A DNA stretch of 64,000 nt. Source: a virus. The DNA lies in the IMG/VR virus record IMGVR_UViG_3300045988_133686, positions 32,001-96,000 of that record; one strand, given 5' to 3'. Position numbers and translations under genes: made by a program. How positions within the stretch are numbered: position 1 is the first letter of the stretch; every line of letters starts with the position of its first letter. The notes beneath the pieces were generated by a model. It searched no databases. It saw nothing but the letters and a program-made list of their open reading frames with translations, and was not told the DNA's origin. Shown here one piece after another: positions 45,066 through 54,257 of the stretch.

Positions 45066-45281
45066 TCAGCAAATGTACCGCTCAATCTTCGAATAAATAT
45101 CCCGGTCGCTTTCCACCCACAGGTCTTCAAATTCCAATGAGTATATCGCGCCGAGCAGAGACTTGGCATTCACGCAATGCCCGACCGCATCAACGATCCT
45201 CACATCACCATGGATGTGTGATGCGATCTCGGAAAAGTTTTTTGCGTCCTCTACGGTTTCTAGATGAATCTTGTTTCTCAA
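45066..45281 (-). CDS. HPr-like domain protein (lacks a recognisable N-terminal His15 region)
   Basis: GGAGGG plus 6 nt (atttat) before TTG 45281. VNAKSLLGAIYSLEF resembles the HPr NAKSIMGVMSLG motif. The listed ORF extends to GTG 45335. Confidence 0.55.
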   Translation of the reverse strand: MRNKIHLETVEDAKNFSEIASHIHGDVRIVDAVGHCVNAKSLLGAIYSLEFEDLWVESDRDIYSKIERYIC

Positions 45282-45477
45282 ATAAATCCCTCCAATGACA
45301 TAATAAAAGGCAGGTAAGAAGTCACTCGCGTACACCCGCTATTGCGTGCGTAACTAAGCCTTCCCTCGTTTCTTGTGGCCTGCCACCACTCACCTCACTC
45401 TGGCAGTACGGGCGCCCCTTCTCCTCTAGACATCAGCATCTCAGCTTTTGCCATTTGCGCAATAAGGAGTTAGGAAT

Positions 45478-45553
45478 TGGAGCTGGGTAGGAGACTTGAA
45501 CTCCTAGTCTACGGAGTACAAAACCGTGGCTTTACCAATTAAGCTAACCCAGC
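45478..45553 (-). tRNA. tRNA, anticodon UGU (Thr) by manual folding; CCA encoded
   Basis: Cloverleaf: GCTGGGT/ACCCAGC acceptor, GCTT/AAGC D-stem, anticodon loop TTTGTAC, AGGAG-TTCAAGT-CTCCT T-arm. 31:39 is a U-U mismatch. Confidence 0.75.
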
Positions 45554-45554
45554 G

Positions 45555-45628
45555 TGGAGCCTCCAGAAGGAATCGAACCCTCACTGACTGATTACGAAAC
45601 AGCCATTCTACCGTTAAATTATGGAGGC
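45555..45628 (-). tRNA. tRNA, anticodon CGU (Thr) by manual folding; CCA encoded
   Basis: GCCTCCA/TGGAGGC acceptor, anticodon loop TTCGTAA, GAGGG-TTCGATT-CCTTC T-arm. 31:39 is a U-U mismatch. Confidence 0.7.
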
Positions 45629-45701
45629 ACAACCCAGCGTCCGAAGAACATCGTTGCGCACCGACGAGTTTCTCATAAAGAGCATAACTCACTGGGTCTA
45701 C

Positions 45702-45778
45702 TGGTGGACTCTCTGGGACTTGAACCCAGGCGCGACCGCTTATGAGGCGGGTACTCTAACCAACTGAGCTAAGAGTCC
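45702..45778 (-). tRNA. tRNA, anticodon CAU (Met, or Ile2 if lysidine-modified); CCA encoded
   Basis: GGACTCT/AGAGTCC acceptor, GCTCAGTTGGTTAGAGT D-arm, anticodon loop CTCATAA, CTGGG-TTCAAGT-CCCAG T-arm. Confidence 0.8.
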
Positions 45779-45781
45779 ATG

Positions 45782-45855
45782 TGGCAGAGGTGGCCGGGAT
45801 CGAACCGACATTAACAGGGTCAAAGTCTGTTGTCCTGCCGTTGAACGACACCTCT
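45782..45855 (-). tRNA. tRNA, anticodon UUG (Gln) by manual folding; CCA encoded
   Basis: AGAGGTG/CACCTCT acceptor, anticodon loop CTTTGAC, GTCGG-TTCGATC-CCGGC T-arm. 31:39 is an A-C mismatch. Confidence 0.7.
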
Positions 45856-45900
45856 ATGCGGGCTGCTTTCGCAACCCGGTTTGTTTCTTTTGATGTAATT

Positions 45901-45909
45901 ATTATACCA
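45901..45909 (-). promoter_or_regulatory. extended -10 promoter TGGTATAAT upstream of the tRNA cluster
   Basis: The minus strand reads TTTGTGGTATAATAATTAC. It shares the 12-mer TGTGGTATAATA with the element at 54348-54356. Confidence 0.5.
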
Positions 45910-45933
45910 CAAATTTCTGGTGTGTGGGGGCGG

Positions 45934-46176
45934 CTAGTCAATAATTTCTACATCATACCCAAGTTTTTCGATGAGTTCTTTGCGGGTTATGCGCCGCACA
46001 GAATATGGCATCCAACCGTCCAGATGTAAGAGTTTCATGATCGCCAATGTCATTTCATACGGCTCACCGTTGGAGAAAATAAATCCCCTGCCTGGTACAT
46101 AAAAAAGATCTTTCTCTGATAGCCTGTAAGTCTCATTTTTCTTATCGGCCTCAATCACCATTTGTGCAGTATTCAT
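45934..46176 (-). CDS. hypothetical protein
   Basis: AAGGAG 7 nt before ATG 46176 (internal Met of the listed ORF). 80 aa. Confidence 0.55.
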   Translation of the reverse strand: MNTAQMVIEADKKNETYRLSEKDLFYVPGRGFIFSNGEPYEMTLAIMKLLHLDGWMPYSVRRITRKELIEKLGYDVEIID

Positions 46177-46468
46177 CTTCATACTCCTTTGCAATCATCA
46201 GTAAGTGCTCCGCAGCGCGCACAACCCAACCGCTTTGGTATGGGAGGTAGTAACCGGACGCCGACGTGAATTTATGAAACGCCCCGGCAAAATCGCCCGT
46301 CCCAGCCAGCACCGGATATTCCGCGTTCAATCGCTCAAGTTCACGCGCCCAACGATCCCACTGACCATCACTGATTAGTGATGTACCACGCCCGTAATAA
46401 ATGTAAGAATGAATCAGGAGCTGGCGGCGTCGGCGCACCATCAGCTCCAATACTTCTTCATCAGTCAT
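46151..46468 (-). CDS. stand-alone protein resembling NAD-dependent DNA ligase domain Ia
   Basis: LLIHSYIYYGRGTSLISDGQWDRWARELERLNAEYP parallels the LigA N-terminal pattern (hh.YY....isD.eYD.L..EL..lE..yP). Weak, motif-level only. Confidence 0.45.
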   Translation of the reverse strand: MTDEEVLELMVRRRRQLLIHSYIYYGRGTSLISDGQWDRWARELERLNAEYPVLAGTGDFAGAFHKFTSASGYYLPYQSGWVVRAAEHLLMIAKEYEDEYCTNGD

Positions 46469-46730
46469 CTGCCCGCATCTTCCTCATGCGTTCCGCGGCT
46501 GCTTGCCTCACTTCTTCAGATACCTGTCGAGGTGGGCTGATCTTCAGCCATTTGGTTGTGATGTGTGCGAGAACACTTCCGTCTTTGTTGTGGGCGATAA
46601 TCTTTACATCGTCCGGGTATTTTTGCGCCCACATGACAACTCGCTTAATCCATTTCGGTTCGGCTGTGTAAAACGTTCCGATCTTCTCTCCGGCTAAATG
46701 ATTCCACGCTGTCTCTCTTAGTTCTGCCAT
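46461..46730 (-). CDS. hypothetical protein
   Basis: Start placed at ATG 46730 (RBS aaagggtga), 16 nt downstream of palindrome copy 1. Confidence 0.55.
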   Translation of the reverse strand: MAELRETAWNHLAGEKIGTFYTAEPKWIKRVVMWAQKYPDDVKIIAHNKDGSVLAHITTKWLKISPPRQVSEEVRQAAAERMRKMRADD

Positions 46731-46744
46731 AATGTCACCCTTTG

Positions 46745-46993
46745 TTAGATATCCCAAGTTGGGATATCTCTTTCTGCATCGGAATAAGCCCACCAAGTTT
46801 CGCCGTACTCAAATGACCAAAATGCGCCGTCTTCGGTGTATGCAAAAACATGCTCGGATACTGGGTCTACATCAAGATACGCTCCGGCATAAATTTTGCC
46901 GCTGCGAATGTCCATAACGTACACAGGATTACATAGCCCGCACATGTGCCCCATCGTGATGAGGGTTTGGTATGATAGTGGTTTAATCATCAA
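46745..46993 (-). CDS. hypothetical protein
   Basis: 82 aa. ATGA overlap with the upstream gene. Confidence 0.55.
   Translation of the reverse strand: MMIKPLSYQTLITMGHMCGLCNPVYVMDIRSGKIYAGAYLDVDPVSEHVFAYTEDGAFWSFEYGETWWAYSDAERDIPTWDI
46747..46769. promoter_or_regulatory. 23-bp perfect palindrome AGATATCCCAAGTTGGGATATCT, copy 1
   Basis: 11-bp arms around a single central base. It overlaps the stop of gene 46745..46993 and precedes the 46730 start. Confidence 0.8.
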
Positions 46994-47286
46994 ACCGCCA
47001 CCTCCTGATCCTGAGCTGAGATCGCCAAGGTCACATCTCGCAGCATTAGGTAGTCAATCATGGGGTATCTATCATCGTCATATCTATCGTCTGCGGTTTG
47101 TACGCCGATCATAATGCCTTCGCCAGTATCTACAATTTCGGTGATATACACAAACTCGCAGACTGCATCTGGATCGGTTTTATCTGTCCACAGCCTGACA
47201 ACTTCGTCCTTATGTTTTTCGTGCCACTGTTCAAAAGTCACTTTGATTCCTCCTAAAAAATGTATTGATATCCGGTTATCCACCAA
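46990..47286 (-). CDS. hypothetical protein
   Basis: 98 aa. Packed between the polymerase and downstream small genes. Confidence 0.55.
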   Translation of the reverse strand: MVDNRISIHFLGGIKVTFEQWHEKHKDEVVRLWTDKTDPDAVCEFVYITEIVDTGEGIMIGVQTADDRYDDDRYPMIDYLMLRDVTLAISAQDQEVAV

Positions 47287-50200
47287 TACCCGCTCTTGTC
47301 CTGACGCATATCGCCGCTTCCAACCTCGATAAAGTCTCCTTCTTTGAATGGAAATTGCTCAAATGTGCCGGGGCGAATGCTCACGCGCGCTGTCTTACCG
47401 CTGCCGAGCGATTTGCAGTCCACGCGGTAACACCACACGCTGCCTGTCTTACGACTTGTCAAGCCGATTGGCTTCGACGTGATGATGAGTTTGCCACGGT
47501 CTGCTTTTTGCCCAGTGACCAAATCGACGTAGCCGAGACGTTCCTTTTGTAGGGACGCCTTTTGCTCTAGTGACAAGTCGCGGATGTCAAGCGTGCGTTG
47601 ATGCGCTTCGTATTCGTATAGGATTGCCGGTAGGTCTATTATAGCATAAGATTTGGCTTCTTTTCCCGCCTTGGTCTTATCACTTGCGTGCGGGCGGATA
47701 AATTCTTCATAAATGCCCGCCTTGGTTTTTGCAACACTCTTTGCATCGCCCCACTTGAAGAAGTCCAAGCAGTCAACAATGTTATTAAGCAATGTAATTG
47801 GGCCGAACTCCGCAAAGAAGTCAATGTCGATGAGGGCGGCACGCTGATCTGACCGCAGGCTGGTTTCTTTGGTGCAGGCCAACATAACGTCCGTGAACGT
47901 GTCCCAATGCGGGCGGCTGTGTGCAAGCTCATACAATTCGTTAGGCACAGTCGCATTCAAACTCTTGACGGATGCCACGCCCTTAGTGATAGTGCGCGCC
48001 TCGACGTCCATGAAATAATCGCTCTTGGAATGCCCCCAGCGCGGCGGCAGAATTGGTATCTTGTATGCTCCAGCGAGAGCGGCGCCGTTCGCCACGTCGT
48101 CATCATTGGCAGCGTTGTTCAGCAGCGCGGTGATAAATTCCAGCGGATAATGATAACGCAGATAGGCGCATAAGTAACCTACCATACAGTAAGCTATTGA
48201 ATGGTTAAAACCAAACATGTAACTCGATGCGTCCTCAATAATCTTAATGAATTCTTTTGCTTCGGCTTCCGCTTCCTCGCGCGACTTGTCCGATTTGGCA
48301 CAGTACCCGTCGAGTATCTTGGGCATTGCTTTCTCTAGGATCTCTGGCTTTTTACGGGCAATACCGCGTCGCACAGTGTCAGCTTCACTCCCGCTGAATC
48401 CGCAAATTTCAGTCAGGAACTTAATGACGTCCTCCTGATACACAAGATAACCATTGTTGTCCGCTAGGAGATCATCGATCAGTTTTGACGGGTTATGATG
48501 CTGCTTATGTCCAAGCAAGTCGTCTCGGTATGACGCGCCGGACGGGCGAATACACGCTGTCACCAGTGACATACCGAAGATATTGTGCGGCTTAAACTTT
48601 CGCAAGCTGTCGCCCGCATACGGAGACTCCATTTGGAAGATAGCCGTGGTGTTCCTCCGCATATCCTCCCAAACCTCCGGCTCATCCCAATTAATCTCGT
48701 GTGCTCTCGGATATGGAATACCTACTAACTTGCAAGTATCCGCGATAATCGCCACATTGCGCAAGATCAGGAAATCAAACTTCGCAAGACCCGCTCCATC
48801 ATGAATCTCATCCATGTCGATCTCCAGACATGACATATCGTCTTTGTAGAATGTGCCGAAGTTATCCGTAAGCGTTATGGGCGAGATAACAATACCCGCC
48901 GGATGAACAGACTGCGATACCTTTGTGCCAACCAAGCCATCATAATAATAGAAGAGGTCTTTATACTTTTTCTTCGTCCCGTCCGGATCGACGCTATACT
49001 GCTTCTTGATGTCGTCAACCTTCTTCAGCGAATACGGACACTCCTGCGTGTTCATGTCTGGATGTGCTTTCTGCCATTTGGAGGCTAATGCGCGGCCAAT
49101 ATCATCAATCGCAGCCTTGTCTGCAATGGTGCCGTAAGACGGTACGCGCGCCGTGTATGCTTCACCGAATCTATTGATGATGTATTCGAAGATGCGCGGT
49201 CGGTCGGTATCAATGACGTCAATATCAATATCGCCAATCTCCACGCGATCTTCGTTTGCAAATCGAGAAGCGACTGTTTTCCATATCGTAGGATCAACAT
49301 CTGTAATGTCTGTGATATAGGCAATAGTAGAACCGCACACCGAGCCACGACCTGGCCCAACAGGAATACCATTGTCGCGGCACCAGCAGATCAGCTCACT
49401 CATGATGAGCATAAATCCGCACATGCCGATCTTAGTGAACACCTTCTTTTCGTCCTCGATATTCGCCCGCACCTGGTATAGCCTCTCCGGTGGAATAATA
49501 CCAGCAGCAACCTTCTGCGCCAGCATATCGTCGATGCGCGCGAACCATCGTTCTCTGTCAGCTTCGGCGCTGCCATAAAGAATCGGGTATTTGATGCTCG
49601 GATCAATCGGCACATCCTCTACCATATCAGCCAGCCTATTGGTATTCTCTATCGCTTCGCGCCACTTGTTTTCCGGAATGGCGTCCTGCACGCGGAACAT
49701 CTCAGCTAGTTCATCATAGGATTTATAAGTAAGATCAAACTCGTCCTCCTGCGCAAACTCGATCTTCTTGCTGGCTAACAAGATTTTGCGGCACTCAGCT
49801 TTGTACTGATTCAGTGAGTGTGTATCTGTGCCCGCGATCAGTGGCTTCCCGTACTGTTCGCTCATAAAAAGCAAGCGCTGGTTGTATTTGCTCTGGTCGA
49901 TGTTGTTGTGCGGCTGGATCTCGTAAAAGTCGTAATGCCGCGCCAGTTTTTCGTATATCTTATTATCGCCTTCATATTTGTTGAGCGGTGACGCAAGGCA
50001 AGCACTAATCTTGATAACATTGTCCGAGATGCCAAGAAATTCATCAAACGTAATACGGTTCTTATAATAGAAATGATTCGCGTCCGTTGATGCCATAATC
50101 AGCTTATTGATCTCTTTACGCCCCTGCTTGTTACGGGCAATCAACACTGTGTGGTAATTGTCGCGGATTTTTTCCTCCCCGATTTTCTCGGTTAAATATG

Positions 50201-50426
50201 CTTCGACCCCCCACAGAAACTTGATGCCCTTGCTCTCACAGTACATCTGTTTACGCATCCAGCCGATCGGGCGGCCATGCTCGGTTGAGCCGATCGCCTT
50301 TTGACCAAGCTCAACCGCGCGGTCAACATAATCCTCGAAATGTGTGCAGGAGTCCAGCAAACTGTAATCCGAGTGTACATGGTAAGCAACGTAGTTACTC
50401 AGCTTTATCACCTCCAAATACTTCAT
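47253..50426 (-). CDS. dnaE: DNA polymerase III alpha subunit (DnaE-type, PHP N-terminus)
   Basis: YHVHSDYSLLDS PHP motif and about 1050 aa of colinear DnaE-like sequence. The exact start is uncertain: a GGAGGTGA lies inside the listed 5' end. Confidence 0.9.
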   Translation of the reverse strand: MKYLEVIKLSNYVAYHVHSDYSLLDSCTHFEDYVDRAVELGQKAIGSTEHGRPIGWMRKQMYCESKGIKFLWGVEAYLTEKIGEEKIRDNYHTVLIARNKQGRKEINKLIMASTDANHFYYKNRITFDEFLGISDNVIKISACLASPLNKYEGDNKIYEKLARHYDFYEIQPHNNIDQSKYNQRLLFMSEQYGKPLIAGTDTHSLNQYKAECRKILLASKKIEFAQEDEFDLTYKSYDELAEMFRVQDAIPENKWREAIENTNRLADMVEDVPIDPSIKYPILYGSAEADRERWFARIDDMLAQKVAAGIIPPERLYQVRANIEDEKKVFTKIGMCGFMLIMSELICWCRDNGIPVGPGRGSVCGSTIAYITDITDVDPTIWKTVASRFANEDRVEIGDIDIDVIDTDRPRIFEYIINRFGEAYTARVPSYGTIADKAAIDDIGRALASKWQKAHPDMNTQECPYSLKKVDDIKKQYSVDPDGTKKKYKDLFYYYDGLVGTKVSQSVHPAGIVISPITLTDNFGTFYKDDMSCLEIDMDEIHDGAGLAKFDFLILRNVAIIADTCKLVGIPYPRAHEINWDEPEVWEDMRRNTTAIFQMESPYAGDSLRKFKPHNIFGMSLVTACIRPSGASYRDDLLGHKQHHNPSKLIDDLLADNNGYLVYQEDVIKFLTEICGFSGSEADTVRRGIARKKPEILEKAMPKILDGYCAKSDKSREEAEAEAKEFIKIIEDASSYMFGFNHSIAYCMVGYLCAYLRYHYPLEFITALLNNAANDDDVANGAALAGAYKIPILPPRWGHSKSDYFMDVEARTITKGVASVKSLNATVPNELYELAHSRPHWDTFTDVMLACTKETSLRSDQRAALIDIDFFAEFGPITLLNNIVDCLDFFKWGDAKSVAKTKAGIYEEFIRPHASDKTKAGKEAKSYAIIDLPAILYEYEAHQRTLDIRDLSLEQKASLQKERLGYVDLVTGQKADRGKLIITSKPIGLTSRKTGSVWCYRVDCKSLGSGKTARVSIRPGTFEQFPFKEGDFIEVGSGDMRQDKSGYWWITGYQYIF

Positions 50427-52347
50427 CTAATGGGTCTGGGATTGGATATGCCAGTGGTGATTTATACTCTCCTTTATCCCATCTATACTGGCGCCCGTAC
50501 TCAGCGGGGGTTGTGAAGAACCGCCGTGACGGTACATCGTAAAACATGCCGCAGGAGAAGCCAGCGCGACCGCGCAACCTATCCTTGAGCACCGTGATCT
50601 TCACATCAGACGGGTCTGGTGGGGCGATCATCTGCCCCTTCATATTGTATTTGCCTTCTTTTTCCTGTTTCGTGACGCGCCGCAGTGAGATGGTGCGGTG
50701 CGCAAGGTTAATGATATTACTGCTGCCAGCTAGGTCATATAGGCCGACCTCAGTCCCGGCCATCATCTTGCGTGGGTGTGCCACCAGGATAACCGCAACG
50801 TCGTACTTCATCGCAAACTGAATAAGCTTACTGATCGCTTCCGTCTGTTTTTTCAGTTCGTCATTCGCGCCCGCACCAATGTCAATCGTCATCAGGTTGT
50901 CGAGGATGAGCAGCTTGACTCCGTACTTGCGCACCACATCAGTCATACTGCCGATCAGATCATCCAGCTTGTTGCTATCGTTGTCGTTATAGACGTACCA
51001 CTGGCCACGGTAGTAATCATTCATATCACGCTTAACGCTGGGGTCAACCTTGAAGTAGTGTGCGCCGTTACTATCATAGTGTTCTGTCAGATGGCGCGGA
51101 CCAGCGAGGATATAGCTGAACCAGTTTTTACTCATCCAGCCCGGCAGTTCTCGACTGAACAGCCAGCAGTTATGGCCTGTATCCATGGCGTTACACACGG
51201 TCTGATAAAGAAAGCTCGTCTTACCGGCGCCGGGCATACCGGACACAATCGTGAGCGTCCCGTAAAACAACCTCATGAGTTCTTTATCGATCGCTTCAAT
51301 GCCGAACTGCACGCCGTCAATCTGGTCTAGGTCTACGTCATCGATGTCTGAGAGGTCGGTTACACTTGCAACCGGCGTGTCCTTGGCGTTCAGGATTGCG
51401 GACAGCAAGGCGTCTTTGCCGCCGTAATACAGCACTTCATTCAGATCTTTGACCTTGACGACCTCACCTGTTTCTTTGTTGGTCATCTCCGACGGAATTT
51501 GCACATACTTCGTGCGCCACGATCCAAGTCGGTTGACTACTTCCTTATTCATCTTCTGCCCTGGCTCGTCATTATCGCCAGCCACGATAATACTGTCGAA
51601 CTGCTCAAGGAAATCCCAATTCTCTTCGATCCATGTGAAGTTGTTTGCCCCAAACGGAACGCTTACTGCGTTATGATAACCGGCTTCAATGGCCGCAAGC
51701 GTGTCCATCTCGCCTTCGCAGCACAGTAGCGGAGAATCGGTATTGACGCGATTCATATTAAAAAGGAGCGGGGTTGTGTCCGCTCCTCTTTGTGCCCACA
51801 TCTTTGATTCGCCCGCCGCCTTGTTGATCTTGTGGGACGGCCGGTACTTTACGTTCGTCAAGACGTCGTTCAGGTCATAGTAATTAAACACACAATTCCC
51901 GTGAGCATCTTCCCGCACGTCGGCATAATCTACCGTGCTCTGACTAATACCGCGTGTCTTCATATAACAGTAAACATTCTCTTTGTTATTTAGAGGCTCT
52001 TCATGCGGATATTTGTAATCCCGCTTCGACGGCACTCCTTGCTCCCCAAATACATAGGGGACGTCCGCCGCCTTAAACAGTTCCTGCACAGCATCCAGAA
52101 ACGAGATGTTCTGCCCGCGCATCGCCGCCTCAATAAAGTCAAAAGATGCCCCGCATCCGAAGCACTTGCATCTATGTCTCTTGGTATCGTAGATAAATGA
52201 CGCAGTATCTTCGTGATGTACGGGGCATTTGCATTTCATGCGCGTTTCATCGATCTCGTCAACGTTTAGGAACTTTGTGATAAACAGGAAGTTTTGATCC
52301 CCAAGTTTTTCTTTGGCCTTTTGTATAAGCTCCTTTTCGACCAGCAT
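50395..52347 (-). CDS. bifunctional primase-helicase (CHC2 zinc finger, TOPRIM, DnaB-like P-loop)
   Basis: CKCPVHHEDTASF...CKCFGCGASFD zinc finger, CCEGEMD TOPRIM-like, GMPGAGKTSF Walker A, ILDNL Walker B-like. Start at ATG 52347 after AAGGGAGAAG. Confidence 0.88.
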   Translation of the reverse strand: MLVEKELIQKAKEKLGDQNFLFITKFLNVDEIDETRMKCKCPVHHEDTASFIYDTKRHRCKCFGCGASFDFIEAAMRGQNISFLDAVQELFKAADVPYVFGEQGVPSKRDYKYPHEEPLNNKENVYCYMKTRGISQSTVDYADVREDAHGNCVFNYYDLNDVLTNVKYRPSHKINKAAGESKMWAQRGADTTPLLFNMNRVNTDSPLLCCEGEMDTLAAIEAGYHNAVSVPFGANNFTWIEENWDFLEQFDSIIVAGDNDEPGQKMNKEVVNRLGSWRTKYVQIPSEMTNKETGEVVKVKDLNEVLYYGGKDALLSAILNAKDTPVASVTDLSDIDDVDLDQIDGVQFGIEAIDKELMRLFYGTLTIVSGMPGAGKTSFLYQTVCNAMDTGHNCWLFSRELPGWMSKNWFSYILAGPRHLTEHYDSNGAHYFKVDPSVKRDMNDYYRGQWYVYNDNDSNKLDDLIGSMTDVVRKYGVKLLILDNLMTIDIGAGANDELKKQTEAISKLIQFAMKYDVAVILVAHPRKMMAGTEVGLYDLAGSSNIINLAHRTISLRRVTKQEKEGKYNMKGQMIAPPDPSDVKITVLKDRLRGRAGFSCGMFYDVPSRRFFTTPAEYGRQYRWDKGEYKSPLAYPIPDPLDEVFGGDKAE

Positions 52348-53134
52348 CCGGCGCTTCTCCCTTCTTACTGCGCGGGCACAAATTACCCACAGAACACAGC
52401 GTATCGCAGAAGAAGTCGCCGTGATCTTCTCCTGCCAGTTCAACTTTATCTAAGAATTGTTCGTCGGCGTACATCGCATTAATCGTATCAATGAACCACT
52501 GTTCCGCGGCCTGCATCTCATGCAGATCGAACTTAATTACCTCATGCTGGCGTGCTCGGAACATATTGAACTCCATCTCGATTGGGTACTCCCCATAATT
52601 GTCGAATACCCAACGAGCGTAAAGGTAAAGCTGGAGGGCGTAATGCTTTTTCTCTTCATCGCTCTTAAAAGATCCTTTGCTCTTAAAGTCAACGACCTTA
52701 AAGTGCCCATCCTTGTCACGCAGCAACAAGTCGATGAACCCGATGAATGGACGTCCTTGGATTTCCAACGTAACTTTTATTTCTGCACCAACGACTTCAT
52801 AATCCGCGTAGTCGCCCTCGAACATATCAAAGAACTCTTTGCCGTTCTTGTAATAGCCCGCGCCCATCTTGGCGAATGGAAACGGTGTTGGCACAGCCTC
52901 ATCATATTCAGATTCATAAGCTGCGCTCAACTCATAAAACTCCAACTTATGTGTGTAATACCGCTCAAACAGTGAATGGCACAAGCTCCCCCACTCGGCA
53001 AACGCATTGCTATCCTTATCTGCCTGCTGCAAATACTCCAGATAAAACATCCGCGGGCAAGTGCTGTAAGCATTCACCCGCGAAAAGCTCCACGTCATGC
53101 CGTCAAGGAGAAAATCCTTATCGGCCTTGTTCAT
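52259..53134 (-). CDS. PD-(D/E)XK exonuclease of the Cas4/RecB type with a Cys cluster
   Basis: N-terminal YSTCPRMFYLEY, core GFIDLL...VVDFKS, C-terminal CDTLCSVGNLC. The tail overlaps the primase start by about 89 nt. Confidence 0.78.
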   Translation of the reverse strand: MNKADKDFLLDGMTWSFSRVNAYSTCPRMFYLEYLQQADKDSNAFAEWGSLCHSLFERYYTHKLEFYELSAAYESEYDEAVPTPFPFAKMGAGYYKNGKEFFDMFEGDYADYEVVGAEIKVTLEIQGRPFIGFIDLLLRDKDGHFKVVDFKSKGSFKSDEEKKHYALQLYLYARWVFDNYGEYPIEMEFNMFRARQHEVIKFDLHEMQAAEQWFIDTINAMYADEQFLDKVELAGEDHGDFFCDTLCSVGNLCPRSKKGEAPDAGRKGAYTKGQRKTWGSKLPVYHKVPKR

Positions 53135-53136
53135 TT

Positions 53137-53487
53137 TTAGAACGGCAGCTCGTCTTCATGTACACCAGCGGCGGGAGCAGCAGGCTTCGACGCGGCGTTG
53201 CGAGGAGCAGTTTCCTCGAAAGAGTACATGGTGTAATTGGTGTACAGCTTGCCCTTTTCCTTATCATATTTATTAGTCACGGCAAAGTCACCGACTTTGA
53301 TGCGTGAGCGGGCAGGTAGTTCAGCGATACGCCTGGCGTCTCCGGCCAGTGTTACCCAATCGCTCCAATCCTGTACATAATCATCGGAATCCTTAACCTT
53401 GCGCCTGGTGGACATACGCGCCTCAATAAATCCGTTGTGCTCACGGGTTTCCCAAACGGTGGCATACGCATTGACTCTCATGCTCAT
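53137..53487 (-). CDS. ssb: single-stranded DNA-binding protein
   Basis: 116 aa, OB-fold-like N-terminus, Pro/Ala linker and an acidic tip ending HEDELPF (the DDDLPF-type tail). Confidence 0.82.
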   Translation of the reverse strand: MSMRVNAYATVWETREHNGFIEARMSTRRKVKDSDDYVQDWSDWVTLAGDARRIAELPARSRIKVGDFAVTNKYDKEKGKLYTNYTMYSFEETAPRNAASKPAAPAAGVHEDELPF

Positions 53488-53489
53488 AA

Positions 53490-54257
53490 TTACTTATCCT
53501 CTTTCTTCAGTTCATCAATAAGTTTCATAACCTTTTCGCAGTCTGCAACAGAGGTCAGCGAGTTGGGGTTCGCACTCTTACACACTTTCTTGCAACATGC
53601 GAACACTCTGTCCTTGCCGAGTTCTTCGGACTTTTCCTTCATATAAGCCAATACCTCGGCACGCTTGTCTGCCAATTCCTTACTGACTTCTTCGCCTTTG
53701 TTTCTACCGCCGGTTTTACCAGCCGCCGTGTTGCCGTCATCATCTGCTTCGCCATGCGTCGCCAGAATAGGATTAATAGCGCCGCGGCGTGCATATGTAA
53801 GTGCTGCAATGACGCCCTGCGCGTCTCTCTTGGTAGTCGGCACACCAAACGGCGGGTATACCATGACGCCGCCCTCACCGTGCATCAGGATTGTCTGGGC
53901 GTAAATAAATCCATCATCACCATTGATAGGCACTTGCGTCAGACCAAGGTTATACTTCGACAATACGGGGCGGGTCGCATTCAATACTTCGTCAAGCGGT
54001 GTGTACTTAGACTGGGTAAAGGGATTCAGCTTTGTTGTGGTCGGGTTCTGAACCTCTCCGATGTATTTTACGAAGTCACGCAACATCGCAGTGCGCTGCT
54101 CGTCAGTGCCGTAAAATCGGATATTGTTCTCGGCCGCAAGTTCAGTAAACCTAGGCTCGTACCAAGTCAGTTCGTCCTCAAATGCGGTCTGCGGTTCATC
54201 GTTCGTAGCTTCGTTTACGGGTTCAACGGTCAATTCGTTTTTCATCTCTTCACTCAT
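53490..54257 (-). CDS. erf: Erf-family single-strand annealing protein
   Basis: KYTPLDEVLNATRPVLSKYNLGLTQ...ALTYARRGAI pattern. Adjacent to ssb and the nuclease. Confidence 0.7.
   Translation of the reverse strand: MSEEMKNELTVEPVNEATNDEPQTAFEDELTWYEPRFTELAAENNIRFYGTDEQRTAMLRDFVKYIGEVQNPTTTKLNPFTQSKYTPLDEVLNATRPVLSKYNLGLTQVPINGDDGFIYAQTILMHGEGGVMVYPPFGVPTTKRDAQGVIAALTYARRGAINPILATHGEADDDGNTAAGKTGGRNKGEEVSKELADKRAEVLAYMKEKSEELGKDRVFACCKKVCKSANPNSLTSVADCEKVMKLIDELKKEDK

Noticed and set aside
45629-45701. A fifth tRNA between the CGU and CAU tRNAs
   Set aside because: The ends pair (ACCCAG/CTGGGT), but I could not build D, anticodon or T arms, and there is no TTCRA T-loop. It is kept only as a spacer or decayed element in a finding.
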